This document shows positions 9,614 through 22,459 of a stretch of DNA of 64,000 nt, piece by piece. The notes under the pieces were generated by a model, which did not search any database, was not told where the DNA came from, and worked only from the letters and a program-made list of their open reading frames with translations. A program made the position numbers and the translations under genes. How positions within the stretch are numbered: the stretch's first letter is position 1; each line of letters begins with the position of its first letter. The DNA comes from Bugula neritina (Eukaryota > Animalia > Bryozoa). The stretch is from the NCBI GenBank assembly GCA_964035545.1, contig OZ037770.1:8748973-8812972 (forward strand), read 5' to 3'.

Positions 9614-12600
9614 CTATTATAGTGCAACAGACATGTTCATAACACAAACTAATTCAAACAATTGAACTGTGATTCTTATATCAAGTTCTGTACTTGCAAT
9701 TTTTGAAAATTACAGAAGTATTTGCTGTAAAGCATATGGGAATTTGGTTTGTATTAAATTTGCTTTTACATCCAGATGTATTAGTGTACACTGAATATAT
9801 ATGCAAGCAATTCTGGCAATTGATCATTGCATAATAATTCTAGGTTGCAAGAGTCTATAAAAACACGTACATGACATGAGTCCAATTCACTCTCTACTCC
9901 ATATAACTTACTAACAAATCATAGTTATATTAGGATAATTTTTGCTACTTTAGTACAATTAGTGTCTGCATTAGAGAATCTCAGGTACATTCGAAAAAGC
10001 ACTACATTATCCCAAAGGCTCCGCCCACCTATTACTTGTTAGTCACAATTTACTTTGAGAGGTAATTTCATAGATACAGAACATTTCTAAAAAAATTTTT
10101 TAAATATATTAAATCTAAATTACTCAAGTAATTGCATATTTAAAATTTCATAATGCATCCTTGAAAGTTGGCCAATCCCCATATATTTACCCCCTTTAAA
10201 GCGAGAACCTCCAGATACAAAGTTACTAGCAGATTTGCAATCTTTAGAATGTTGAATTTGCAGTGATATGTAGCATATAGCAACGAAGGTTAGTATTGAT
10301 GTGCTCCCCCCCCCCCCTTGTATGTTGGCAACCAGACTATATACCAAATACATTCCCACGGATTACTAGCATAGTTATAATAACTGTGACCTATAGCTTA
10401 GCAGTTGTTTGTTGTTATATGCACTATAATAATATTTGTCATTTTTATGTAGCTTCGTTAGAGGATTATAGTATATACTACAAAATGGTAGTTATATTAC
10501 AAATTGTCTATAAATATATTACAAATAATAGAGATAGATTACACAGACTATAAAAAGAACTAAAAATATCGTAAAAAAATTTGTAAATATTTTACAATGA
10601 TTGTAACTACATTACAAAGACCATAGCTTATATACCTACTATACAAAGGATATATAAATGTATGCTACATGCAATGACTATCAATATGGCATTGTTTCTG
10701 TTCATGTGTATACTAATGTGCTTTTTTATGAGGTTTTGTTAAAAATACATTAGTACTAATCTAAAGTAAACTTTATTTAACTTAGACTATATTCACAAGT
10801 AGTTTAAAAAGCAGTAAGCAAATGTGGATTATGTAATATACCGTTGTTTAACAAACATGTAATATGGCAAATAACAGAAATAGTGCTAAACAAAGAGACA
10901 TTAGCTATCTGACAGAGCAGCTAAAAAAATTGTTAAAAATGTAGAGATGATTCACAAAAAATGAATTATCGTAGCTATATAGTGTTTATAATAAAAAAGA
11001 GAATTCAGATTATGAAATTCAAAATAATATACCAATATGATGCCACATGAAAGAAAATTACTTGAAGAGATTCTAAAGCAGTTTTTTTAGCCTACAAAGT
11101 AAGAGCAAGAAAAACAATTTTAGTTTTGTAATGCTAAAATATTGAAAAAAGGTGCCAGTTTAAGGTTTTTATAGACTGTTACTAGTTTACAACATATACA
11201 ACTGTTTTATTCGACTAGATCTACAATGCGGCAACTACTCACAGAAAACTGAGTGTACAGAAGGAACTTTCAAATATTTGGCTACAGAATTAATCGGGAT
11301 ACACAGCTTTCGCCCTTAAAATGTTACTCAGCGCTGTAAAAAAAACTCATAAAATATATGATGTTGATATTTTCTTATCAGCCATTTTTACAAATGTCTG
11401 AGCTTCCTGTATGGCATTGTAGTATGTTAGAACCTTAAGCACTGGTTGGTTAAAAAACGTTGTGGCAGACTCCCATTAGACAAACAGACTTTTGTGTTAA
11501 TTCATTGGATATAATTGATCAATGAAATGTCATAGATCATACTTAATAGCGAACTTTGAAAACTTCAGCTCGGACACATTAAAACGGCTGGTATTTTATA
11601 TTACGACTTATGATATGGCAAGTGTGAATGAGGGGTTATTTAAAAACGTATGCCATAAATGTGATGCTTATAAAAATTAGGAAAAAATAAAAGTGCTTTG
11701 GCAAACTGCCAACTATATTATCCTTCTCATTTGTTTAGGGATAATTCTTTCTTCTTTTCAATTATTCAAGCTACCTTTTATTATTTATTTTATGTGTGTT
11801 CCACTGCACCTATAATAGGTGCGCTGCTTCAGCATAGTAAGAGTTGTCTTCTCTAGAGTCAAGCTGCAAAGGAAAGATAACTACATTTGTATGTAAGGGA
11901 ACAACAAGCCTATTTTAAAGGTCCTCTAAATAAAACTCATGTTTTAACTAAAGGATATAAGCAGCTTATTTTAAACTCTTCTTTATGACATAACAGAGCT
12001 TCATGCTGTTAGATCAGCTGCTATAATAGCAAAACTTTAATAACGAATGACTGCTGCTTTCAAATATAATAATTCATGAATAAAGTAGTTGTAGGCTATA
12101 TCGTTATCTACTATAATTTCACACTAAAGATTAAAATACTTCTATTTTCTCATATATCATATTTTGTATAATAATTGGGCTTTTTAAAAGTTTTCTACAG
12201 CAAAAAGGTAGATGTTACCATACAAGTTCTGTTGACCTCACCTATTGCATATTAAAAATAGGTCATTAAGCACAGAACCAAATTATTATTTATTTTTTCA
12301 ATTATTTTCTATTTTTGTAGACATCTTATAATCTCAACGTTGTTCTCATGAGTGAAATTAATGCAATCAACCTAGTATAAACCTCTCATACATTACTGAC
12401 TTTTCATGCAGTCGCACGGATTTGTTCAATTTATACTCAGCCTATAAAAACCATGCATACTGAAGTAACTCATCCTTGCTTTTTCATTAATAGTCTTCAT
12501 AGTATAAAAATTGCATTACACAGCAATTCGACCCTTCATTTTGTGAATTAATGTAAATAAGATAACAGGAAATATCAGCATTCAAGAGGGCTAATCAAAA

Positions 12601-15150
12601 GAAAGGAATGTAATTTATACACCTTACTGATTCATTGAGCTTGAATAGAAGGCACTAGATATGCACAATACAGCAAGGGCGTGACTGCAGTGACTGCTAT
12701 TAATCTTTACAATTCCAGTTGAAAGGATCTATGGAGCAGCTAATATAAACTGCGTCATGTGCTACAATCAGATACCCTCACCGTGACCTGAAACAGAGAA
12801 AGGTGTTTATAAGACAGTTGTCAAGCCATCAAATACATAACCAATTGATTGGTGCGCTGTTTGATTTTCCAAATATATTGGTTTTGAATGAGTGTTCAAC
12901 AACACATTCTTGCTAGTAACTATTGGTGCATAAGAGACTTTAATACATATGCTAATACATGTACACATGTATGCAGAGATAATAAAATGAACTTTTAACC
13001 CAATTGACTGCTGAATTAGTGTTTAGTGTTGGGGCCGGAAGAATTAAATTTGTCTTTAACTTGACAGAAGTTTTAATTTTTAGATTAATTATCATATGCA
13101 ATGAAACATTTCAAAACAATGTATTCAACTTTTACAATCTAGTATAATTTTGCATAATAAAAAAGGTATTGACACGGCTTAAAATATTTGTAGAAAAAGC
13201 TTTGCTTATTTATCATGACCACTAATTAGTTGTTTTATGAAGAGGACCTCCCACTATAATAATTAATTGAAACTTTACTTCTCATTCTAGAAGAAATAGA
13301 GCACTTTAAAATGTCATGTATGTATTCATGTGTGCGTGTTTTTGAGTGAACAAATTTAATATATTATTAGAGCATCTGACCACTTATATAGCTTTCTATT
13401 TACATATCAGTTAGTGTTCTTCGATTTTATGCCTATTTTTTCGATTGGTATTAACTTCAACTACGTGAAAAGAGCTCCACCTACTGTAGATATGTTTATA
13501 ATTTTATAAGACCTGGTATTATTTAAAGTTTCACTCTCAGTGGTGTGAGTTGTTGCAATTATTACTATATTATTTATGAAAACTTAAAAACTTTGTTTGT
13601 GAAATTGTGGTTATAATGGGTAATGAATTTGTGGGTATTAGAAACATGCTTTTATTTTTCAAAAGATATATAGCGCATTCTATCAACACTGATGAGCGTT
13701 GTCAGCCTGCACTAGTTTGCAACTGCTTCTCTGGAAGTTTTCTCTTCAAGCAGCTTAAAAAGTGTCATAGTTCAACTTTTAGCATTTACACACTTGAGAG
13801 GTTTTAACACCTAAAATAGTATTATGGGACATTAGGAGTCAATGCCTCTATTTGAGTCTTCCACATGGTTGACTCAAGTTTGTTTACATAGTATGAAAAT
13901 CAAATAAATTAAATTAAAACAGTGTTTCTTACTATATAGCACTATAATTTGCAAATATATTGATAGATTGCAATAACAACTATTGTTATCGATTTAAACG
14001 TTTGGTATTATAATATCATATGACCAGCAATTGACCCTTACTTAATATGAATTGTAGCTATAGTGGCAATGAATGCATGCTCACTAAACAATCTTTGATA
14101 CAATTAGTAATGCGAGGCATTTGCTATCATTATTTACGATATGTATACATCATCTATATATGTTCATATTGATAAAAAATATTATTCAACAAGCATAAAT
14201 TTTAACTGCAATCACATTGAACTAGAAATAAGTTTATTTGACTAAACACTTATAATTTATAGTAACTATACATAAATATTCTAGTAGAAATAAGTGAATG
14301 AATATTTAATAAAATAATGTATATAAAGTATATCAAACATAAAAATATCTAGCCAAGGAATATTTTGCTAAGCTCTACAAAATTCGATTAAGGGTTTAGG
14401 GCAACTTTGCATCAAGTTTTAGGAGTTTTGCAATTTACTAATGTGGAGGATTTATTATATTATAGAGTATAAAACAATTTTCCATGCATGCTTATATAAC
14501 CACTTATAACTAGCATAAAATTTATTAATGATTATTTAAAATTATTATAGCTAATCATTAACATTGGTTGGTTGCTTTAATGATTAATTTTCACTATGTT
14601 AAAATGCTAGTCATAAATATGGTTTTAATAAATAAGTTATATCATTTTTTCTAGTACATGTAGCATAGTTAAGAAATTTAAATTTGTGATGTAGCTATAA
14701 CTAGATTTGTGTAAGCTTATTGTTAAATAATTCATACCTTTAATACGTCAACATATTTTAACTATAGAAACTTAGGAGCCTATATGCATTAGTCATCAAC
14801 TTTCATTGGCTGAAAATAAGTTTCTATTTTTAGCTGACCAGTAGAAATCAGCTATGCTGCTATAGTTCAATGAGTCCAAGTGCACAATTATGCTGTGTAA
14901 TAATGAAGCTGCCCACGCAGTACAACGATAGGTTAATGGCAGTTGTTTATGAATGAAAAGAGCACCTTCAGTGCGTTGTCAACAGTAGTGTCCAACCGTA
15001 GTGACACCTGTAGCAATATAGTATTATTCAGTTACTTAGCACAACTTGTAGAAGTCACTTGCTAATCTATACAGGGAAAGTCTCTTACAAGTAAACTCAA
15101 AAGGTTTAATAAGTTTAACCGAAAAAAAGAAAGATCCCAGGTACTATAAG

Positions 15151-15951
15151 ATGTACCTGTTTCATACTACTGTACTATTGCTAGCTATAGCAAATAGGAT
15201 ATCTGCTCTACAAACCTACATGGTTATAACTCGAGTAAAGACTCAGAAGATAGACCCAGCTTCCTGTTTACCGGAATATTCCAACAGCTCCTCAGACAAG
15301 TTTACTAACTTTAACAGAGACATTTGTGACTCTCTCTCACACTCAATTTCCAGTTCACCGTCTGTAGTATCAATATCAGGCTGTCTAGTAGAAAGTGTTT
15401 TGTGCCAGGACAATCTGCCTTTAGTCTCTACTAGGATAGATATAACAGGAAGTGAGCTAACAGCTAATGAATTGCATCATTCCTTCGATCTACACACACT
15501 AATCAAAGAAACAGCAATCACTATAGACTATCTTCAAGTGAAAGACTTTAATGAGTGTAAAAGTGGTACCCACAACTGTGACATTTCGGCAGCATGCAGA
15601 AATACAGCTGGCAGCTATACTTGCACCTGTAAGCAAGGTTATACAGACAAGTCTAGTGAACACTACCTGGATGCAGGTAGAGTTTGTAATATTAACTGCG
15701 GAGCTACTTCCTGTGCCAATAATGGAGTCTGTTTATTAGCGGAGGACCAGCATGTTTGCAAATGTTTAGATAATTATGAAGGACCGACGTGTGAAGTAAT
15801 GAAAGGGGGTGAAGAGTGGATTTGGATCCTTAGCATTACTCTAGCTGTGGCTACCTTCGTCTTCTTATCTTTAGGAGTGCTGGCTGTTGTGTTTATTCGA
15901 AACAGAAGAGCTAGGAGGAAGAAACTGGACCAGATGCTTTTGTATAATTAG
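15151..15951 (+). CDS. Intronless type-I membrane protein: signal peptide, SEA-like region, calcium-binding EGF, EGF, TM helix, basic tail (266 aa)
   Basis: N-terminal hydrophobic MYLFHTTVLLLAIA; DFNECKSGTHNCDISAACRNTAGSYTCTC (cbEGF consensus); CANNGVC...CKC...YEGPTC (EGF); TM WIWILSITLAVATFVFLSLGVLAVVFI then RNRRARRKK. The SEA call is tentative. Confidence 0.85.
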   Translation: MYLFHTTVLLLAIANRISALQTYMVITRVKTQKIDPASCLPEYSNSSSDKFTNFNRDICDSLSHSISSSPSVVSISGCLVESVLCQDNLPLVSTRIDITGSELTANELHHSFDLHTLIKETAITIDYLQVKDFNECKSGTHNCDISAACRNTAGSYTCTCKQGYTDKSSEHYLDAGRVCNINCGATSCANNGVCLLAEDQHVCKCLDNYEGPTCEVMKGGEEWIWILSITLAVATFVFLSLGVLAVVFIRNRRARRKKLDQMLLYN

Positions 15952-17276
15952 ACTCAATGATATTACTTGCCTTTTGGAATTTATTTATTTATTTCAATAC
16001 TCAACTGGGTGATCTGCCAGGTTTAAGATAGCAGACATAATTGTAATTTAAGTGCAATAGTGTCATGCTATTAGCTGAAGTTTTAGTATTGCATGCAGCA
16101 ATTACGTTTTATTTATTCTTATTTATAATAGCACCTCTAGTATTGCAAAGAATAGTATTTAATTATTTGTTATAATTTGGTGCTTGACTTTTTAGCTTTT
16201 ATTAGAATCAGACCATACATGATAAGTTATACTTTTAATCTAACTGAAGACAAAATATTTTTATAAAATATAACATTAACCAAATTCACTTCAATATATT
16301 GTTTTTTGTTTATTCATTCACAAGTAAAATCATCATACCTTATAAATTAGGTGACCTTACTATCTATGCTTCATATAAACTGTAAATTATTAAAACAGTT
16401 GTAAAGTTATATTTTCATACTAATTTATTTGCATGATTTGTCAGGTCTAAATTAAAAAACCGCATTTCAGTTTTGATTGGAAGTGAGTACTATAGCATAA
16501 ATACAGAATTTTATTGAGAAATGAAAAAGGTACTGTCAACAGACATTATAATAATGTATAATTTAATTGCTTGCAAGAATAAAATGGCTTGCATTTATTA
16601 AACTTCAGGTTTTGATACTATAGATATTTGTGACAGACTTTAAAGTGAAAGCTGCATGGTTCATAAATCGTGTGCCAGTATTTGCTTCTATAGCAGACAG
16701 TAAAAGCTGACGCCATTAATAGCTCCACTGGTTGTAGAACTAACGAGGTAGCACAATTCATTAGTCAATACTTCAACTACAAGACCAAAGTTGCTCCTTC
16801 CATGCAGTATTACCTTTAGTTGTCTCCCAACTAGATTCATTTCTATAACAGAATTCATGGAAAGCAAAAATCTACTATTTAAGATCTATGTTATGCAAAA
16901 TAACATAATAAATATATAAAGCTATATTCCATATAGTTTTAAACATCATTAAAGCATGGAATATGAGTGGGTTTTTTAGGCTTTGAAATAGCAGCTGCTA
17001 TGCAATATGTGTCTTTCATAATATAATAAACAGTTTAATGAGCTATAAAATGCTATGAGGGCAGTTTTCCGTTCATCAAACTTTCACGTATGAAGACCTT
17101 ACTTATTGTCATATCACTTACTGTACAATGATGGAGAAGAATGCCATCTCCTTCTAATTCAAAGCAACGCATGAAGATTTTAAACTCTTAAAGTATCGAT
17201 CAAGTTTTCATAAGAGAGGCAACTCATTAAAATATTTAATATATTTAATAAAAAACATAAAAAAGCAATAAAAACT

Positions 17277-17486
17277 ACTCACTCAAGTTTATAGTCACCA
17301 TCCCTGTGAGAACCCCTGATGGAAGGGGTTTTTGTTAAATTGAGCTAAAGACTTATTCATAAGGGGCATGCAGAAGCAATTATGACTAGATGCTCTTCCT
17401 AACATCACCATAATGACCTTTGTCAGGGTTCGAATCCATGACCTCGTGTTTACTAAGCAAGCACTCTAACCTGTAGACCATGGCTG
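17277..17486 (-). mobile_element. tRNA-derived SINE
   Basis: Minus strand CAGCCATGGTCTACAGGTTAGAG (box A) and GGATTCGAACCC (box B); body and GAGT tail shared with the other copies. Confidence 0.85.
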
Positions 17487-18022
17487 AAATAATTACTACT
17501 GACTAAAGGTTATTCGCTGTGCTGAGAATAAAATTTGCTATAGAATAAATTCTTAATGCTGAAAAGCTTTGACGTTTTGACACAAGCATTTCTAGGCTCA
17601 TGTATACTTCATAGCTTATAAAAATCTGAGTGATCAATATAATTATTGTAGTTTATGACACACTCAAGTGTCTGTTAAATGACTTGTATAACTGATAATG
17701 TGCTATAAAATCACTATATAGTAGATAAGCTCCAAAAAGTGCAGCTATATATACTTCACCTACTTTTTGTCAGAGCTTCACACTTAACTGGCAACAGAAT
17801 ATTTCAGAAAAAAAATCTCAGTTGTATACAAGAATGTTTTACATTGAGTATGACAACTGTGAAGAAATTTTTTATCAATAATAATAAGTCATAAATCAAT
17901 CTGTAGTAGTCTTGTGGGTAGAATGCAATACAGGTTGAGCGCATAACTCCGTAATAGTGCAATAAAAAGATGGGCTTTCCAAGCAATAATAGAATCTTCA
18001 TTAGTATCCAAATAGCTACGCG

Positions 18023-18986
18023 TGTAAGTCTTGATCCAGCGAGTTCCAGCGGTAAACTGATTCTACTCTGCTAGCTCGCATCCTAATATACTGGGAAAAA
18101 GTCCCTTCGAGAAACTTCTTCCAACTGTGTCCAAAAGTCGGTATCTCTGAAAATGTCGGAGTTTTTGACACGTCCGATTGCATTTGATTGAGTCCGATCA
18201 GATCTTCTGAACAGATGCTACTGGAGTCAATTCGAAAGTCAGACACTTCCAATTTTCGGATTGTCGGGCACAATCAGCTTACATAGTGAAAACCATTACC
18301 AAAACGAAACTATTCACTATGCTAAAAGCTTAACGATAATTACAATATTTAAGGCATTCAGAAAGTTACGCCGGGAGCTTAGCTATAATTGTTGCATCGG
18401 GATTTCTAAGTTTGTGTAGTTGTCTTCTCTTGTTGTTGCGTGTTTGTGTGAAAGGTGCACAACTCTGAGATCAACCTATATAATATTATATATAGCGTGG
18501 GTATAGCTTGTGCGAGTGTTGTAGCTATAAAAGTAATAAAACATAGAGTATATGGGAGAATTGAGGGACTGAAGAGTGACTGAGGATTGTGAACAACTAG
18601 CTGTACAAACACAATAGAATGTGTTAGGGTATATTAGTGAGTGCTAGCCCAGGATCAAAAACTGAAGAGCACCACCAGACAACTAGACCCTAACCCGGAG
18701 TACCAACCCTATCCCCTACAGACGGACAGGAGCTGGGGTTATCTTGTACGTCAAGCTACCCATATCGATATTCGATCGCGAGCTAACCCAAAGCCCACAG
18801 CACATAATAATATATATTATATATTATTATTCGATGAGTTTGCAATAACTATAAATCATGAAAACCTACTATAACATAATTACAGCATTCAGAAAAAAAC
18901 CCCATAAGTAATTACAATAACGAAGCACTTTATAGTTACTAGAACTTTCTAGAACATAGTGGTGACAGCTCTCAAGATCCATTACA
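18023..18986. mobile_element. Possible solo LTR or LTR-element remnant
   Basis: GC-richer block bounded by TGTAA...TTACA. Its right end (minus strand TGTAATGGATC) resembles the Gypsy LTR start TGTGATGGATT, and it contains an HSE-like motif. No TSD found; left boundary uncertain. Confidence 0.3.
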
Positions 18987-19384
18987 CTATAATTGCAATC
19001 ATTGTGAAACTTTAAAAATGATATAGCATTTGATATGTTTGGTTGTTGGTTGATATATCTTAAAAAGAGAACAAACTCTTATTACACACAACTGCACAAT
19101 AATATTGTTATAATCATATTATTGAAACATGTAATTATTGTCCAATAAATTTCCATTTCAAGGCCATACCTGCATGCCGATAGCACCAAATATTCATGAG
19201 AAGACAACTTCAATGAGAACTTATGATGATAGTTTATTACTATGACTTTTTTAATACTTTTATGAGACAGGATACAAATTTTTCCATTTTACAGGAAGTT
19301 TCTCAGAAAATACAGATCTATATTTTTGAAATACTATAAATTAAATATTGTATGATACCATATCAATATACATATGCATGTATT

Positions 19385-19991
19385 CAGGGATGTAGTGGCA
19401 AAAATATTCTAGGCCATACTCTCAGGCCGGGGGTCTGGGGCAGCGCCCCGGCCGCCGAAGCCCTCAGAGTGCTTCTGATGCAAATTTATGCAATTTAAAG
19501 CCATTGTGAATTATAATTCTTCGCTGAAAAAAATCTGTGTTGAAATGCGCACTTCGCTATTATTTTCATGCATACCATACCAGCTACATGACGCCTGGGT
19601 ATTGCTGCAAACTATATAAATATTCAGTCTTGTCCCATACTTGTTGAATGTAATGTAATGTAATGTAGTCTTACTCCACTGGAGTTAGGTTTGTTCTAAC
19701 ACTAAGTCCAACCTGTACAGAAAAATTGCTGAATATCTCAAAAAGATGGAAGGATAGAGGCAGCTAGGTAACAAGTGCTCTCCAAATGCAACCTGATTAC
19801 TTTAAACAACTAATACACTGCCAGGCACAGAAAAAGAATAATAGATCAGAACAGAGGAAGATTGCTAATCAGAAAATGTGTGTTGGTTATTTATAAAGAG
19901 CAATTTGAATTGATAACTCATTGGCAAGCAGAAATTGGTTGAAAACCTATTTGGAGTTTATTAGAGTACTAGTCTAATCCATAAGGTGATA
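19385..19991 (+). repeat. ~0.6-kb dispersed repeat, copy 1 (probable non-autonomous DNA transposon end)
   Basis: Highly similar to 62659-63284. Starts CAGGGATGTAG and carries the GC-rich GGGGTCTGGGGCAGCGCCCC subterminal motif. Confidence 0.8.
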
Positions 19992-21175
19992 CCGCCACAC
20001 CTCCTTACACACAATAAAGCACACCCAAGAAGAGTATGTTAACTTGGTTTTAAAATAAAACCCCTGAGCTTCCGCTAGATGCATCAAGGAAATATACCCC
20101 AAAAGAACAAATTCGACAGGTTTAATATGTGTCAACCTAGAAGATGATTAAATGTAAAGCCAGACGTTAGTACAATCAAACATAAAAGGTTACTTATGGT
20201 GGTGTACAGTTTGCAAAACCTTATTGCATTAATAATTAACATGCAATAACGCTAGGTTTTTGACCAAAATGTGGATATGGTACCTGTAGACCTCAGTGAT
20301 AAATTTTCATTAGCCTCTCCTACACACCTGGTACTGTTTCTTGAAGACATTTTGATTTTATTTCTGGATTTCATGTTGGTTTTTTCCAAATTCCATTGCT
20401 TATTGACAAAATGCAAGTCTACACAAGACAGATAAGGGCAACCTTCTAGCTGTCACTGCCTTGCTGAGGCCACATTATTGGTATATTATAAAAATTCAGT
20501 CCTGCAAAATAAAACCTCACTTAATTGTGCCAGAATTAAAATTTAAAAACCATGTTTTAGATCTTCCTGTTCCTCAGAGCATCTGCTTTGTTGAGTTTTC
20601 AATATTTTTTTGCAAAGTTAGACAAAAATCTACCCATTTTTGGCCAATTTTACCTGAAAAGTTTATTTTTCAATCCCTGCCAAATATCTCAGCAGGAAAG
20701 CATGGTATTCGAATAGAACAAACACTGTCGGAAACCTGAGAAATTTATGCATGGCAAATTTTTTATCTTTTCAATAGCTTTCATAGATATTTTACAAGTT
20801 AGTGATTTATACACTGAAAATGAAATATTGTTTCCTTAGTAATCACCAATGCACAGCACTTCGCGCTTCAATGAACACGTAGAGATGAGAAGATGGAATG
20901 TTGATAACTGCATAATATTATTCATAGTGTAATCTCAGGCTAAACAATCACAAGTAGGCAACACGCATGCCACCCACATAGCAATAACATAACAGGAACT
21001 TATATTAGATTGTTCGCGAAATTGATATTCTCAGTGAGGATGCCCAAACTATCCTGCACTAATCATCTTTCAAAAATATGCCCATACGGGCATATGGCCT
21101 AGAACAGTCTATTTTCTTCTAGGCCATATGGCGTATGGGACCGTATGGGTACCACTACGTCGCCGCATGTATTAA

Positions 21176-21522
21176 GCCTAGGACCACACTGTGCGTATTT
21201 TCGCATGCGAAAATGGAAACCACAAGAAGCAAAGGTGTCCACTGTAGCGTCAGTGATGCGTGATAAAACAAAGCTTTCATTTTTAAATCGCACTCGCTTT
21301 CAATAAAAACGCAATTCACTGGAATGTAGCACTAAAATAAGGAAATTGGGCTCGCTAAATAACTACCAGCCAATTAGGTGACGACGACAGAGACGATTCG
21401 CACTTGCGTTGAAAATGCTGAGCGGCAAGTGCGAATGTTTTCTCAACGCGCACAGTGGACACCTTTGCTACTTGTGATTTCAATTTTCGCATGCGAAAAA
21501 AACGCACCGTGTGGCCCTAGGC
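21176..21522. mobile_element. PIF/Harbinger-type MITE (347 bp)
   Basis: ~75-bp imperfect TIRs (gcctaggaccacac...ttttcgcatgcgaaaa...aagcaaaggtgtccactgt and its reverse complement) with TAA on both sides. Confidence 0.85.
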
Positions 21523-22459
21523 TAACTGCAGTGCATGATTTATTAAGATATACATACACTATATAGTATATTTTATGATATATATATAAGTAAGGAATTA
21601 TCTCTACATCGATCTTTATATAATTTATTTAACTTTACGTTATGTTTGACAAATTATTTCCTTGATCACTCGATAAGTTTTATTGTATGTTTGAATATAG
21701 CATATAATAGTGCTTGGGTATTCTATAACATGTATATAAGCAAGTTGCATATAACAATTATTGACTAAATATTATAGATTACAATGAAATGTATAATATT
21801 TTTATATAAGCAAATTTTATGCACATTTCTGAACTAATAATGTAATTATGTCATGTGCCTATACAGCTGCTATAACATCAGTAAACAATTTATCTATATA
21901 ATAGTTTACTATAAGTAAAGTATAGAAGTATAAAAAAGTATACATAAGGCATAAGTTCCACTCTGTGTTTAGCCAAGCTAGTTTTTAATTAGAAACCTGC
22001 TTTATAACCTACAATAAATTTAATTGTCACTGTGAATATATTACACGTTTGTGACTAGAATGACAGCTCAATATTGAATTATTTTATTTCAGGAAAGTAC
22101 AAGTTAAATCAGCTACAGTAGTTGTTCAAAAAAGGAGTTATCTATACTAATAGTATGCTGCTAGTTGCAAATCGGAATTTTCGTGTATTTCGAAATATGC
22201 TTTGTATATGTAGGCTATCGGAACTAAAAATACTACCCAATCGCGATTTGTGTATGAAAACTAATGTGTCTCGTGATTGGACTGTTAACAGCAAGCTAAA
22301 TCAAGAACACAGGAAGTGAAATATTTTATTTTTCTATCTCAGTTTTGCTAATACTCACTCTTATTAAAGCGAATTTACAACTATTAATAGTTCACTCACT
22401 ATCAGATTCAGTAACAAAACATACTGTATGCATTGAAACACACGAATAAGCTTATATTT

